Source of the DNA: TPA_inf: Saccharomyces | Taxonomy: Eukaryota | Length of the DNA stretch: 64,000 nucleotides | NCBI GenBank assembly: GCA_000146045.2 | Contig: BK006941.2 | Coordinates: 256,001 to 320,000, forward strand | Direction of reading: 5' to 3' | Part shown: one piece after another, positions 22,946-36,032 of the stretch | How the letters are laid out: the number at the start of each line of letters is the position of its first letter | Numbering within the stretch: position 1 is the stretch's first letter | Made by a program: the position numbers and the translations under genes | The notes under the pieces: generated by a model | Databases searched by the model: none | What the model saw: the letters and a program-made list of their open reading frames with translations, nothing else | Told to the model about the DNA's origin: nothing

Positions 22946-24523
22946 TCAGTTCATTTCCGTATCTTGTTCTTGGTGCGTAAAACTGGTTTGCGGAGGAGCA
23001 TTTTCAATTATTGCGTTTTCTGGCAATGCAAATGGCCTTTCATTGGTAGGAACGTTTGAATTGGGTGCAGCGCCTTTCTTTTCCGGAAGTACTCTGCCTG
23101 GAGGATGTCTGAATAGACAGTAAATATTCTTACAATTGACACCAAATCTACAATCTTCATTAATTGGATGGCCAAATAAACAATCAATTCTAGTACAGTT
23201 TGCTCCTTCACGGCACATAATATGAGAACGAGCATGTCTATATTTGCAACGTTTATTGGTGCAGTGCGTACCGAACTTACATTGTTCTAAGGACTTTTCA
23301 ACCGGAGGTGGAGCTGCTTTCTTCTGGCTTATTGGTTTTACTTCCTTGATCTTCGACAATGAAGAGTGGGCCTTTCTACACTCAGGATTATCACATGTCA
23401 AATTCTTGTCACACCACATTAGATCAATGACTTTCGCATCTTCATTTGCTGGTGTTGGATGACCAAATGGGCATGATGGATTGGAACACAGAGCCCCAAA
23501 TTTACACAGAACGATACCAGTTTGTACCGGTTTCCTTTTTGCCGCCAATAAATCAGCTTTTCTTTTTTGAAATTCTTCACGAGTTCTTTCCATTTCCTTC
23601 ATCAACTCTTCATCTTCATTTGGATGTAAAAACTCACAAGTTCCGGGAGGCTTTGGACAATTTGGATATTCATTACATACCTTAGTTGGGTGTGCATGTG
23701 GGCATGATCTACCAAGAGGACAGTGAGGAAACAATCTGCAACGCCCCTCTTTCTTGGTTGGAGTGAAGTTCATATTACTCTCACCCGCCATTCCAAGTGC
23801 TTTTGCTAACGGATTAAAACGTGTGGAATTATTGTTGCGTCCTCCACGGTTCCCACCGCGACCACCTCTACGATTCTTTCCAACGGCGCCTCCGCCACGT
23901 TGAGTGAACCTTTGGCTGTTATCTACAGGCGCAAACTGAGGGGGAGCTGCAGCGTTAACAACGCCGGAAAAGGCTGATATGGGGGATGGAGTTGCAGGAG
24001 CATCTGTCTGCATTGCATTCTGGGTCCCTAGTTGTGGCTGAAGTGGTTGAAGTTGAGGTTGCTGTTGAGGTTGCTGTTGAGGTTGCTGTTGAGGTTGCTG
24101 TTGAGGTTGCTGTTGAGGTTGCTGTTGAGGTTGCTGTTGAGGTTGCTGTTGAGGTTGCTGTTGCGCGATGTCTGGTTGCTGTTGTTGTTGTTGCTGTTGT
24201 TGCTGTTGTGCGATATCCGATTGTCCCAAGCTTTGCGCATTCATCATTCTAATTTTGGAAACAATATTTTCAGCACTTTCTCCCTGTTGCAGAGCTTCTA
24301 ATGCGAAAAAGGCTGTTTGAACAACATTTGCAAGCGTATCTCTCGAAACACTATCAAACAAACTAGCCAGCTCGTCTACGACAGATTCAACAGTACCACC
24401 GTTAACGATCAATAAGACAATATACTCCGCAACATACTTGATATCTTCGTTAAAGTTTGGTATACCAGCCAGTTTTTCGGCAACGATAACCTTCAAGTTT
24501 TCTGTGTACTGTTCTTGAGACAT
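22946..24523 (-). CDS. NAB2: Nuclear poly(A)+ RNA-binding protein Nab2
   Basis: 525 aa with a QQQP repeat domain plus polyQ, an RGG region, and seven tandem CCCH zinc fingers (C-x5-C-x4-6-C-x3-H). Confidence 0.92.
   Translation of the reverse strand: MSQEQYTENLKVIVAEKLAGIPNFNEDIKYVAEYIVLLIVNGGTVESVVDELASLFDSVSRDTLANVVQTAFFALEALQQGESAENIVSKIRMMNAQSLGQSDIAQQQQQQQQQQQPDIAQQQPQQQPQQQPQQQPQQQPQQQPQQQPQQQPQQQPQLQPLQPQLGTQNAMQTDAPATPSPISAFSGVVNAAAPPQFAPVDNSQRFTQRGGGAVGKNRRGGRGGNRGGRNNNSTRFNPLAKALGMAGESNMNFTPTKKEGRCRLFPHCPLGRSCPHAHPTKVCNEYPNCPKPPGTCEFLHPNEDEELMKEMERTREEFQKRKADLLAAKRKPVQTGIVLCKFGALCSNPSCPFGHPTPANEDAKVIDLMWCDKNLTCDNPECRKAHSSLSKIKEVKPISQKKAAPPPVEKSLEQCKFGTHCTNKRCKYRHARSHIMCREGANCTRIDCLFGHPINEDCRFGVNCKNIYCLFRHPPGRVLPEKKGAAPNSNVPTNERPFALPENAIIENAPPQTSFTHQEQDTEMN
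24040..24215 (-). repeat. In-frame 12-bp tandem repeat (TTGAGGTTGCTG)x9 plus a (TTG/CTG)n tract, coding QQQP repeats and polyQ in NAB2
   Basis: Perfect 12-mer units run from about 24053 to 24160, followed by gttgttgttgttgctgttgttgctgttg. On the coding (minus) strand this gives ...QQPQQQPQQQP... and Q9. Confidence 0.9.
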
Positions 24524-24776
24524 TTCTGATGTACTTCCACTTCCTTATGATCAGAGATAATTAGAAACCACTATATTTAGATGTTTTATGGAAGTATTTG
24601 GAAGAAAGATGTGTAAAATTTTGTATTTTTCCCATTTGCCACCAGCGAAGCGAATATCACTATTTCCCCGCTTCGTATTTTGTGTAACGATGTACGAGAA
24701 TACAACAATGTTTATATAATTGTATATGAATGTTCTCTTCACATTAAACTCTGTGTATAAGGTCGCGTTGAGCAAG

Positions 24777-25157
24777 CTAGTGATAGAACCTTCTCCTAGG
24801 ATACATAGAAAGAGTGTCATCAGTTCTTGTTAGCTCTTCTTGTAACTGTGTGAACAAATCGTCGATGTCCCAGTCCAGTTCTGACATTTTCATTGAAAGC
24901 ACATCCCTATATAAACGTCTCGCCTGGTTCCTTTTTTCTAGCAAAAGTGCTAACAAAGATGGCAGTGTTGTGGCAGTAACTTCCCTTGATTCAGGCTCAA
25001 TTTTGTAATGAACCACACGATCGGTAAGTGTGTGCAACTCTCCGACAACGGTGACGAGGTTTTCTTGAGTATTGGAGAATAACAAAACTTCCCAGAAATT
25101 ATAAGTTGGTTCAGCCCCAGCCGAGGCTTCTTCCTCGATGTCACTTAGATAAAACAT
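24777..25157 (-). CDS. GPG1: Gpa2-associated G-protein gamma-like subunit
   Basis: 126-aa ORF recognised as Gpg1 (YGL121C); position between NAB2 and PRP43. Confidence 0.75.
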   Translation of the reverse strand: MFYLSDIEEEASAGAEPTYNFWEVLLFSNTQENLVTVVGELHTLTDRVVHYKIEPESREVTATTLPSLLALLLEKRNQARRLYRDVLSMKMSELDWDIDDLFTQLQEELTRTDDTLSMYPRRRFYH

Positions 25158-25633
25158 GATTGCTACTTAAAAGATTTCTTATCTTCTCTGTAGTTCAAAT
25201 TAGATAGTGGAAAATAAGTTTTCTTAATATACAGATATATGCGGTTTACCCCAAAACTACTTTGATGGGAAGCCAACATCCTCGTTGAAATTGAGTGATT
25301 AATTTCGTTGCAAGAGTAAGATGCTCGTTTTAAGCATCGTTAAAGGAGTAATTTACCTTTACGGTAATCTTTGCCATTTTTAAGGGAACTTCCTCACACC
25401 GCGGTTTGTTTCTTTATTTGTTCTTGTAAAAACACCTCGAAGGGAATATAGGATGTGCTCTATATAGACATACCCAACAAAAGAAAAAAGCTTCTTTTTG
25501 ATACAGGGCGCTATGATTTTAGTACAAGCAGCTTTAGGTTACGTGTACCTATTTCTAGTTGAATTTTCTCTCTATGAAATAGTCCTATAAATTTATATAA
25601 ATCTATTTTTTTTTTTTTTTCGACACAAAATGT

Positions 25634-27985
<2,352 letters not shown>

Positions 27986-28441
27986 CTATCGTTACTCAAT
28001 CGCATCCCCGTAAACGTGTTAAATATTACAATTGAATAAGTTTCTTTTCACCTCATCTCGCATTTGAAAATTTTTCAGAGGCACCGAAAAAAAAGAAAAA
28101 GAAATAAAAAAGGACTTGTGTATAAGATCGCTAGATCAATAAAAAGCAATCTGGTAGATTTATGGGACTCCGAAATGATACTGTCAGTTGAAACAGCAAA
28201 CGAATACAGAGCGTAAAACTAAACGACCTTAGTTTGGAAAATGATGAAATTTGTCCATAACTATATACTATCAGTCAGCAAACTATGATCCGGGTAATAT
28301 TCATTTGTAAAGCTTTAGATCTGTAATAGTACCCAGTACTTTTTTAGATGATCTTAATTAGTTAAGATCTTTCTGGTACTGTACTCAGTACGCTTCCTTG
28401 GCATCCTTATTGGGACCTGTTCGGCTAAGATATCGTTCGAT

Positions 28442-29947
28442 ATGGTTACAAATATGGTGAAATTGAGGAATTTAAGGAGATTGTATTGTTCATCCCGTCT
28501 CTTAAGAACTATACAGAACGGGAGAATTTCTTCTGTTTCTTCAATATCGTTGAGTAAGAAATATACTACAAAATCTGCCAAAGAAGGTGAAGAAAACGTA
28601 GAAAGGAAGCATGAGGAGGAAAAAAAGGATACATTAAAAAGTTCCAGTGTACCAACTTCACGAATATCGAGATTGTTCCATTATGGCTCACTGGCAGCAG
28701 GGGTGGGCATGAATGCCGCAGCAAAAGGCATATCGGAAGTTGCAAAGGGCAATTCTCCCACTTGGAAATCTTTGATTCTATCAGATTCGAATATTGACAG
28801 AATTACCAATAAATTTTCTAAAATGAGAGGTGTTGCCCTTAAAATAGGGCAACTATTGTCTTTTCAGGATGAGAAAGTGTTGCCAAAGGAATTATACGAA
28901 ATTTTATCAAGGGTACAGAATAGTGCAAATCATATGCCTCAAAGGCAATTGGAAAAGGTTATGGCCAAGGAATTAGGTGCTAATTGGAAGACAAAGTTTT
29001 CCAAATTTGACAAGATACCTATGGCAGCTGCTAGTATCGGACAGGTACATGCGGCAGAGTTGCCCAGTGGTCAAAGAGTGGTTGTCAAAATTCAATATCC
29101 TGGGGTTAAAGAATCCATTGATTCGGATTTGAATAGTTTACTAATGTTACTTACAGCCTCAAGTTTATTACCGAAGGGATTATTTTTGGATAAGACAATT
29201 GCCAACGCTAGAACTGAGTTAAAATGGGAATGTGATTACAACAGAGAGGCTAGAGCTCTACAAAAGTTTGAGGCGTTGCTAAAGGATGACCCAGCGTTTG
29301 AGGTTCCTCATGTGTTTCCTGAATATACAACCGATAATATTATAACTATGACACGTATGGAGGGAACTGAAATAATGAAATTGCCCAAGGCATCACAAGA
29401 AACCAAAAATTTTATTTCGGAGAATATCATGAGACTATGTCTGGAAGAAATTGCCACTTTCAAGTATATGCAAACGGATCCTAATTGGGCAAATTTCCTC
29501 TATAACGGTAGGACAAAGAAAATTGAATTATTGGATTTCGGTGCCTCCAGACCTTTTGCAGAAGATTTTATTCTAAAATATAGAAAACTTTTAACTTACG
29601 CCACATTGAGAGATAGGAAAGGGGCGTACGAAATGTCTGTACAACTGGGCTATCTCACAGGCTTAGAATCGCAGTCCATGAAAGACGCGCACGTCGATAG
29701 TGTACTTACACTTGGTGAACCTTTTAGGGGTGATGTAGATAAATCTTTCGATTTCAAGGATCAAACAGTCTCAGACAGGATTAGAGGTAATATCGGGTTA
29801 ATGTTGAATGAAAGACTATGTCCGCCACCAGAGGAAACATACTCGTTACATAGAAAATTTAGTGGCATTTTTCTTTTGTGTGCAAGAATGGGTGCGTCTG
29901 TTCATTGTGCAAAGCTTTTTAAAGAGATTTTTGCCTATAAAGTTTAA
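28442..29947 (+). CDS. COQ8: Mitochondrial atypical kinase of the ABC1/UbiB family required for CoQ biosynthesis
   Basis: 501 aa with an N-terminal mitochondrial presequence and the ABC1 motifs KxGQ, AAASIGQVH, VVKIQYPG and LDFGA. Confidence 0.9.
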   Translation: MVTNMVKLRNLRRLYCSSRLLRTIQNGRISSVSSISLSKKYTTKSAKEGEENVERKHEEEKKDTLKSSSVPTSRISRLFHYGSLAAGVGMNAAAKGISEVAKGNSPTWKSLILSDSNIDRITNKFSKMRGVALKIGQLLSFQDEKVLPKELYEILSRVQNSANHMPQRQLEKVMAKELGANWKTKFSKFDKIPMAAASIGQVHAAELPSGQRVVVKIQYPGVKESIDSDLNSLLMLLTASSLLPKGLFLDKTIANARTELKWECDYNREARALQKFEALLKDDPAFEVPHVFPEYTTDNIITMTRMEGTEIMKLPKASQETKNFISENIMRLCLEEIATFKYMQTDPNWANFLYNGRTKKIELLDFGASRPFAEDFILKYRKLLTYATLRDRKGAYEMSVQLGYLTGLESQSMKDAHVDSVLTLGEPFRGDVDKSFDFKDQTVSDRIRGNIGLMLNERLCPPPEETYSLHRKFSGIFLLCARMGASVHCAKLFKEIFAYKV

Positions 29948-30879
29948 AATACTTCCCCGCTATTTGTATATATGCATATCTTTATATTATGAAAGATATT
30001 TTTTTATTTACTTTTAGTCCGTATACTTTTATTTTGTTTTGTTAGACAATCTCGAAGAACAAAAAAAAAAGATAAAACAGAAAGATAAATGTGCACTCTT
30101 TTGTACCTCGTTCTGCTATAGTACTTCCAACCAGATCGACTGAAAGATTACTAGTATATACGTCATGTTTTTAAATAGTAGTTCCCATTCTGCTTCAGTG
30201 AATTAGATATTTTTTTCCAATCATTCTCTTTAAACCCTCTGCGATAGTGATCCAACATTTTCTTAGCAACGCTAATCCTTCTGCCAATAGCTTCTCAAAA
30301 TATACACCATTAACTTTACAACATTACATAATATGACATTCCACAGAACCTCTCTATTCCATTTTACCCCATTTCAAATTACTTTTTAGTCTTTGAATTG
30401 GGTCGCTTCCTAATTATAGAATTATTTTTCTCTGTAAAGTCCCAGCCTTGTTACAATACAATTGTACATCATTCATGAGAGATGAATATAATCTGCATTT
30501 CTTGTTCTAAATTGAATATGTATCTTTGAAAATACTCTGTATGCAGGCAACTTCTTTACCAATATTTACTTTATGAAACACGCCAGCTTTAAGACAATAC
30601 CTTCGGGTCAGAAATATAGTTTAGTTTGTTAACTACAGCAGTTTCTTACAGAAAATTTTGAACTTCGACATTAGTGCATTTATCTCAGGATATAATGATC
30701 CCGTTATCCAATCGATATAGCTTCCTCAGGTTTCCATTCAGTCATAAATGTTAAATTAACGTTGTGCCTAGGGGGCAGATAAGCCTATGACATTGTTTCG
30801 TGCTCATCAAAACACTAATGTAATGGATGGCAACTGTTGCACCTATTCAGGCTGCAAAAAAAGAAGTATCATTTAAATC

Positions 30880-31060
30880 AAAAGGAATATGAACTGATAT
30901 AAAAAGAACATATTCATACGGGCGAATTTGGCTAGTAACCATTACGAGATAGGATAGAATATACGTATGAGATTAGAATAATTAACATAAAATATGATAA
31001 TATCGCTTTGCATTGCAATTAGCATACGTAACCTCACACAAATTTTATACTAATTGTCTA
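30880..31060. mobile_element. Possible degenerate Ty1/Ty4-type solo-LTR fragment
   Basis: A short stretch (..gataggatagaatatacgtatgagattagaataattaacataaaatatgataatat..gcattgcaat) resembles the internal part of the delta/tau LTR consensus. It sits in an ORF-free, tRNA-adjacent region. The call is weak and made by eye only. Confidence 0.25.
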
Positions 31061-31349
31061 GGCATTTCATACAAGAATAACATTAGCGATCATTAGATCA
31101 GCTAAAGTTCTACATAAATGCTGCTGAACATAATAACATAGGTCCGCTTAGCAATATCAAGACATTATTACCGCTGTCAACATTTCTTGTCCGTCAGTGG
31201 ACTTACAAGAATTGAACCGAAAAAAAAAAGAATAGAAAAGGTACAATAAAAAGCAATCGGTAAACGCGACAGCAGAGACGCCCCTGCACATTTAGTACAC
31301 CGTTTCCTTCATTTAACCATCCTTAAATTATCACTTGCAGTATAAAAAA

Positions 31350-31455
31350 TGAAACGGACAGGAATTGAACCTGCAACCCTTCGATTGCAATCTTATTCCG
31401 TGGAATTTCCAAGATTTAATTGGAGTCGAAAGCTCTACCATTGAGCCACCGCTTC
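31350..31455 (-). tRNA. tW(CCA): tRNA-Trp (CCA) with a 34-nt intron
   Basis: The reverse complement reads GAAGCGGTGGCTCAATGGTAGAGCTTTCGACTCCAA[TTAAATCTTGGAAATTCCACGGAATAAGATTGCA]ATCGAAGGGTTGCAGGTTCAATTCCTGTCCGTTTCA. Exons are 31420-31455 and 31350-31385, the intron is 31386-31419, and the B-box GGTTCAATTCC is present. Confidence 0.9.
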
Positions 31456-32511
31456 ATCTTGAAATATCCAAGAATTAAATTCTTACTTGTCTCCCCGAAA
31501 GCTGTATCTTTAAAACGGCTCCTAGTTATCGTCAGTTTTGATAATTAGTAACTAGAATATAGTATCACCAAGAACAGGCCAGGTAATATACTAGAAGTTG
31601 TGTATAACTACTAATATTTTTATACATATAGATGCCAAGTCAAGGTCCAATTAGTAGATTTTTCACTCTACCTTGCATTATTACCTGAAAGATCGTTTGT
31701 GTTTCCTTAAATTCGCCAGAGGTGCAAACGAATGTAAATATCTACATCAATTTACGGTTTCACGCCCGTTTCGTTTCTAATGGCAACTCATGTAAACTGT
31801 GATAAACCCGTTATTTCAGTTTTATTTTCTGCTAGTATAAAGGATGATAGTAGCCATTTCGCTGGAATATGTATCGGGTTTAAAAGATGGCATAGTTCGA
31901 AACATTTTCGCACAAGATTCTAACTGTCTTCGAACGTCGTAGAAACCGCAACGCAAGAAATGACAGCGCAATAAAATTTATTTTACTAACTGATAGAACA
32001 AATGTAAAAAATTTCATAATATCAAGTAGAATTCTTTATTCTCTTTGTGAATTCCTAAACCCATGAAAGGGACTTGTAGTATAAGCTGGATACCTATTTT
32101 CATTGGCTTCGTTTCCAAATGACACAAAACCATCACAAAAGGAAATAGTCCTTCCATAGTTACCCAATCATTCTGTTGCATATTAAATGAACAGCTCCTT
32201 GTTGATAATGCCAGTGTGGCATATTCACCGCTGCAGTTATTTCTTTTCATATATAATGAGTCATTTGTTTCTGTCATCACTTTTCTATACTTTCTCTTCC
32301 CCGCGTGTTTTCCGTACACCAACAATATATGCCATAATACACGTAACATTTTTTTATAAAAAGAAAAGGTAAGTGATATATATAAAATAGCGCCATGAGT
32401 AGGAAACTTTTCTGTTACTGCAGATATGTGCCAGACTGGCTCAGGTGGCATAAACACAGATTAATAGTATTGGCGTTGCTGAAATAAGAAGATCTGTAAC
32501 AATATCTTACA

Positions 32512-33309
32512 ATGCAGCCAATTTCAATAAAAGATGTGGAAAGCGATCAAGGGAAAGTTTACATTGTTAATGCCTTAAAAGATCTCGTATGCAAGTGCCT
32601 TTTAGAATTCGTGGACATTCAAATTGAAAGTTTTATGTATCCGGACGATCCAAAGTGTTTTACAAGGATATTTAAAGGGAACAAGATAGTCAACGAAGCA
32701 TCAGATAAAGATTCGAAAGTGAGAAGTTACCCATCTTCATTGGGTGTTGGACACTCTGCTTTGTTTCCTTTGATATACATAAGACAAAAAACCAACTCCT
32801 TGCGGTTTTTGAATGATCCAAAGCAATTACCAACACCACTGGTCGATGATATGAACGCAAAATTCAAAGGCATCATTAAAGTTTATGAAAATCTCATTCA
32901 CTTGTACCATTCATATCAGACGGTGGATTGCAATAACATGAATCAGCAAAAGCTTTTGGGTGATCTGGTCAGTCGGGGTAATTTCATGCTTGATATCCTC
33001 CACGGGTATGTTACTATTGCATCAACAATAGTACGGGACAGTAAGGATGCCAATATCTTGATAGACACTGTTAATCGGTTCATCCACGATACCATATTAT
33101 TCCACAAGCGCATAATACATAATTCCAACGCTTACACAGAGTACCATGTAATGAAACGTGGCATGCAAAGAAACCAGAGTGAGGAAACGTTAGTTGAACT
33201 TGAATTCCGAATACTGGATGTTTCTGATGTTAATCTGGACAATGAATTTGATGACTTTTTACAGCATAGAAAAACGTCTCTTAAAATAACTCATAGAAGG
33301 GTTATATGA
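32512..33309 (+). CDS. Uncharacterised 265-aa protein (YGL117W)
   Basis: Clean 265-aa ORF in the position of YGL117W; I recognise no domain from the sequence. Confidence 0.6.
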   Translation: MQPISIKDVESDQGKVYIVNALKDLVCKCLLEFVDIQIESFMYPDDPKCFTRIFKGNKIVNEASDKDSKVRSYPSSLGVGHSALFPLIYIRQKTNSLRFLNDPKQLPTPLVDDMNAKFKGIIKVYENLIHLYHSYQTVDCNNMNQQKLLGDLVSRGNFMLDILHGYVTIASTIVRDSKDANILIDTVNRFIHDTILFHKRIIHNSNAYTEYHVMKRGMQRNQSEETLVELEFRILDVSDVNLDNEFDDFLQHRKTSLKITHRRVI

Positions 33310-33808
33310 TAATTTGACATTCATAATATTGGTAAAAAGTACCCTACATACTACATATTTCTAGAATATCCACAAAGAATGTGTCGTTCTTTTTCTGCGG
33401 TTCTTTGTTAGCTTTCCTTCACTTCCTTTATGTCCTCTTTCATGAAAGTGAAAAATGTGAAGTGCATGCGATTTTTGCGTTAGCAATTTGATTGCCGAAA
33501 GAGGCAAAACGTAAATAGGGTTGGTTTCAAATAATTAGAAGGAGCATCGGAAAAATGCAACGAGCAAAACCTCTAGCAGGCAAAGAATTTATCACCTTTA
33601 AAATAGACTGGAATTTGTCATATTAGTTCCTAATTCAGCCAATTAATAGTTTAAATCAGACTAAACCAGAGATCAGTCATCAAGCTTAGGACTAATCTGC
33701 TTTGCGACTTTGATTTTTGTGTCCAATTGGAAAGAAACCCAAAAATATAGAAATCGTCCATTCATTTAGTGCAGAAATATCAAAAGACAAGTATTACAAA
33801 GAAGACTA

Positions 33809-35641
33809 ATGCCAGAAAGCTCTAGAGATAAGGGAAATGCAGCAATTAGCGGTAACCGTTCTGTACTTTCTATTGCGTCCCCAACAAAGCTAAACATACT
33901 ATCTTCCGATTGGTCCAGAAACCAAGGTAAAGTTTCTAAAAATTCGCTAAAGAGATCAAGTTCACTGAACATTAGAAACTCCAAACGTCCCAGTTTACAA
34001 GCCTCTGCCAATTCTATTTATTCAAGACCTAAGATTACAATTGGGGCACCACCGTTAATAAGACGAGATTCTTCATTTTTCAAAGATGAATTTGACGCTA
34101 AAAAAGACAAAGCAACGTTTTCGGCATACTCTTCTCGTTCATATCCAACAATTGGATCTGAGAGCGTAGTTTCCCAAACATCTTTATCGCAACCGACAAC
34201 ATCTAGAGAAGTTGATGAGCAATTTACAGTAGCTGCGGATAGATATATTCCAATTCTACAGGGAGCTTCGCAAAACAAGGTCGATCCTGAAACCTTACAC
34301 GAGGCATTACCTCCGCCAAACGCGTCGCCAATTTCACACTTAAGGGCCCAGACTAAGATTGTCTTCAAACAAAATGTAGCTGAAGCGTGTGGGTTAGATA
34401 TGAATAAAAGAATACTACAATACATGCCGGAACCACCAAAATGCTCTTCCTTGAGACAAAAAAGCTATATCATGAAGAAAAGAACACATTATAGTTATCA
34501 GCAGGAACAAAAAATTCCTGATTTAATTAAATTAAGGAAAATCAATACCAATCCGGAAAGAATTCTTGATGCACCTGGTTTCCAAGACGACTTTTATTTA
34601 AACTTGTTAAGTTGGTCCAAAAAAAATGTCTTAGCTATAGCACTAGACACTGCATTATATCTGTGGAATGCCACCACTGGGGATGTTTCCCTGTTAACGG
34701 ATTTCGAAAACACCACAATATGCAGCGTTACGTGGTCTGATGATGATTGTCATATCTCTATCGGTAAAGAGGATGGGAACACCGAAATTTGGGACGTTGA
34801 GACCATGTCATTAATTAGAACTATGAGATCAGGCTTAGGTGTCCGTATCGGTTCATTGTCTTGGTTAGATACTTTGATAGCTACAGGCAGTCGTAGTGGA
34901 GAAATTCAAATCAATGATGTCAGGATCAAACAGCATATTGTATCTACATGGGCAGAGCACACAGGCGAAGTCTGCGGTTTGAGCTATAAAAGTGACGGAT
35001 TGCAACTTGCATCTGGTGGTAATGATAACACTGTAATGATTTGGGATACCAGAACGTCCTTGCCTCAATTTTCCAAGAAGACGCATACTGCTGCTGTAAA
35101 AGCACTAAGCTGGTGTCCATATTCGCCAAATATTCTAGCCTCTGGAGGCGGACAAACAGATAAACACATCCATTTTTGGAACAGTATCACAGGTGCACGA
35201 GTTGGCTCAATCAATACCGGATCCCAGGTGAGCTCTTTACATTGGGGCCAAAGTCATACGTCAACCAATGGTGGTATGATGAATAAAGAGATTGTTGCCA
35301 CAGGAGGTAATCCAGAGAATGCAATCTCTGTTTATAATTATGAAACAAAATTCAAAGTTGCAGAAGTAGTTCATGCTCATGAAGCAAGAATATGCTGTTC
35401 TCAATTGTCCCCTGACGGAACCACATTGGCCACAGTGGGAGGAGATGAAAACTTAAAATTTTATAAGATATTTGATCCAAGATGTACAGGAAGATCGAGA
35501 GAAGACGGATTGATGGATGGTATGCTAGGACTTATTGGCAAGGAAGGTTGTCGAACAAATGATAAGGAGAATCGTTCCAAAAATTCGAGTGAGATTCATA
35601 CAAGGAGGCCCTCTAGTACCAGCCAATATTTGATCAGGTGA
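33809..35641 (+). CDS. CDC20: APC/C activator Cdc20
   Basis: 610 aa with a Ser-rich N-terminal region followed by a seven-bladed WD40 propeller and a C-terminal IR tail (..YLIR). Confidence 0.92.
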   Translation: MPESSRDKGNAAISGNRSVLSIASPTKLNILSSDWSRNQGKVSKNSLKRSSSLNIRNSKRPSLQASANSIYSRPKITIGAPPLIRRDSSFFKDEFDAKKDKATFSAYSSRSYPTIGSESVVSQTSLSQPTTSREVDEQFTVAADRYIPILQGASQNKVDPETLHEALPPPNASPISHLRAQTKIVFKQNVAEACGLDMNKRILQYMPEPPKCSSLRQKSYIMKKRTHYSYQQEQKIPDLIKLRKINTNPERILDAPGFQDDFYLNLLSWSKKNVLAIALDTALYLWNATTGDVSLLTDFENTTICSVTWSDDDCHISIGKEDGNTEIWDVETMSLIRTMRSGLGVRIGSLSWLDTLIATGSRSGEIQINDVRIKQHIVSTWAEHTGEVCGLSYKSDGLQLASGGNDNTVMIWDTRTSLPQFSKKTHTAAVKALSWCPYSPNILASGGGQTDKHIHFWNSITGARVGSINTGSQVSSLHWGQSHTSTNGGMMNKEIVATGGNPENAISVYNYETKFKVAEVVHAHEARICCSQLSPDGTTLATVGGDENLKFYKIFDPRCTGRSREDGLMDGMLGLIGKEGCRTNDKENRSKNSSEIHTRRPSSTSQYLIR

Positions 35642-36032
35642 TAAAATAAAAAAAATAAAAGTTCATGTCAAGGCATATAATGAAATTTCCATACACGCAT
35701 ACATAATGTATAAACATAAATGTATTCAAGAAGCTTAAGAAATAAAAGTAATGAACCTTGAGAATACATCAAGATATAACTCATCACATGTTAAAGAACC
35801 CACACACCACACGCGCGAGAACTGGGAGGGAGAGAAATTTAGCAAATAACAAAATTTAGGCCTTGGAAGAAACCATAGCAATGCAATAATCGTTATTAAC
35901 ATAATATCTACATTGAGAACTTCTTGGGCTAGTGGTTTTGCTGCAAACTGGAAAATTGTATCAATCTTTTAACGTTAGCTAAACATCTTCTGCTGTGTTA
36001 GCATTAGGAGGAAGCGAAAAGGAAAATACATA

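Noticed and set aside
23986-24301. Repeat-peptide ORFs (VEVAVE.., NSNLNS.., LLLRLLLR..) resembling a repeat array
   Set aside because: These are alternative frames of the NAB2 12-bp coding repeat. It is not a CRISPR array (no unique spacers, the units are contiguous) and not an independent gene.
29982-30230. Possible ARS downstream of COQ8
   Set aside because: I half-remember an origin near here. I could not find an 11/11 or 10/11 ACS match by eye in this T-rich stretch, so I did not report it as a feature.
32014-32457. 147-aa minus-strand ORF in the tRNA-Trp flank (the position of the dubious YGL118C)
   Set aside because: No recognisable domain; it sits in AT-rich probable LTR debris. It is listed only as a question under the tRNA-Trp finding, not as a feature.
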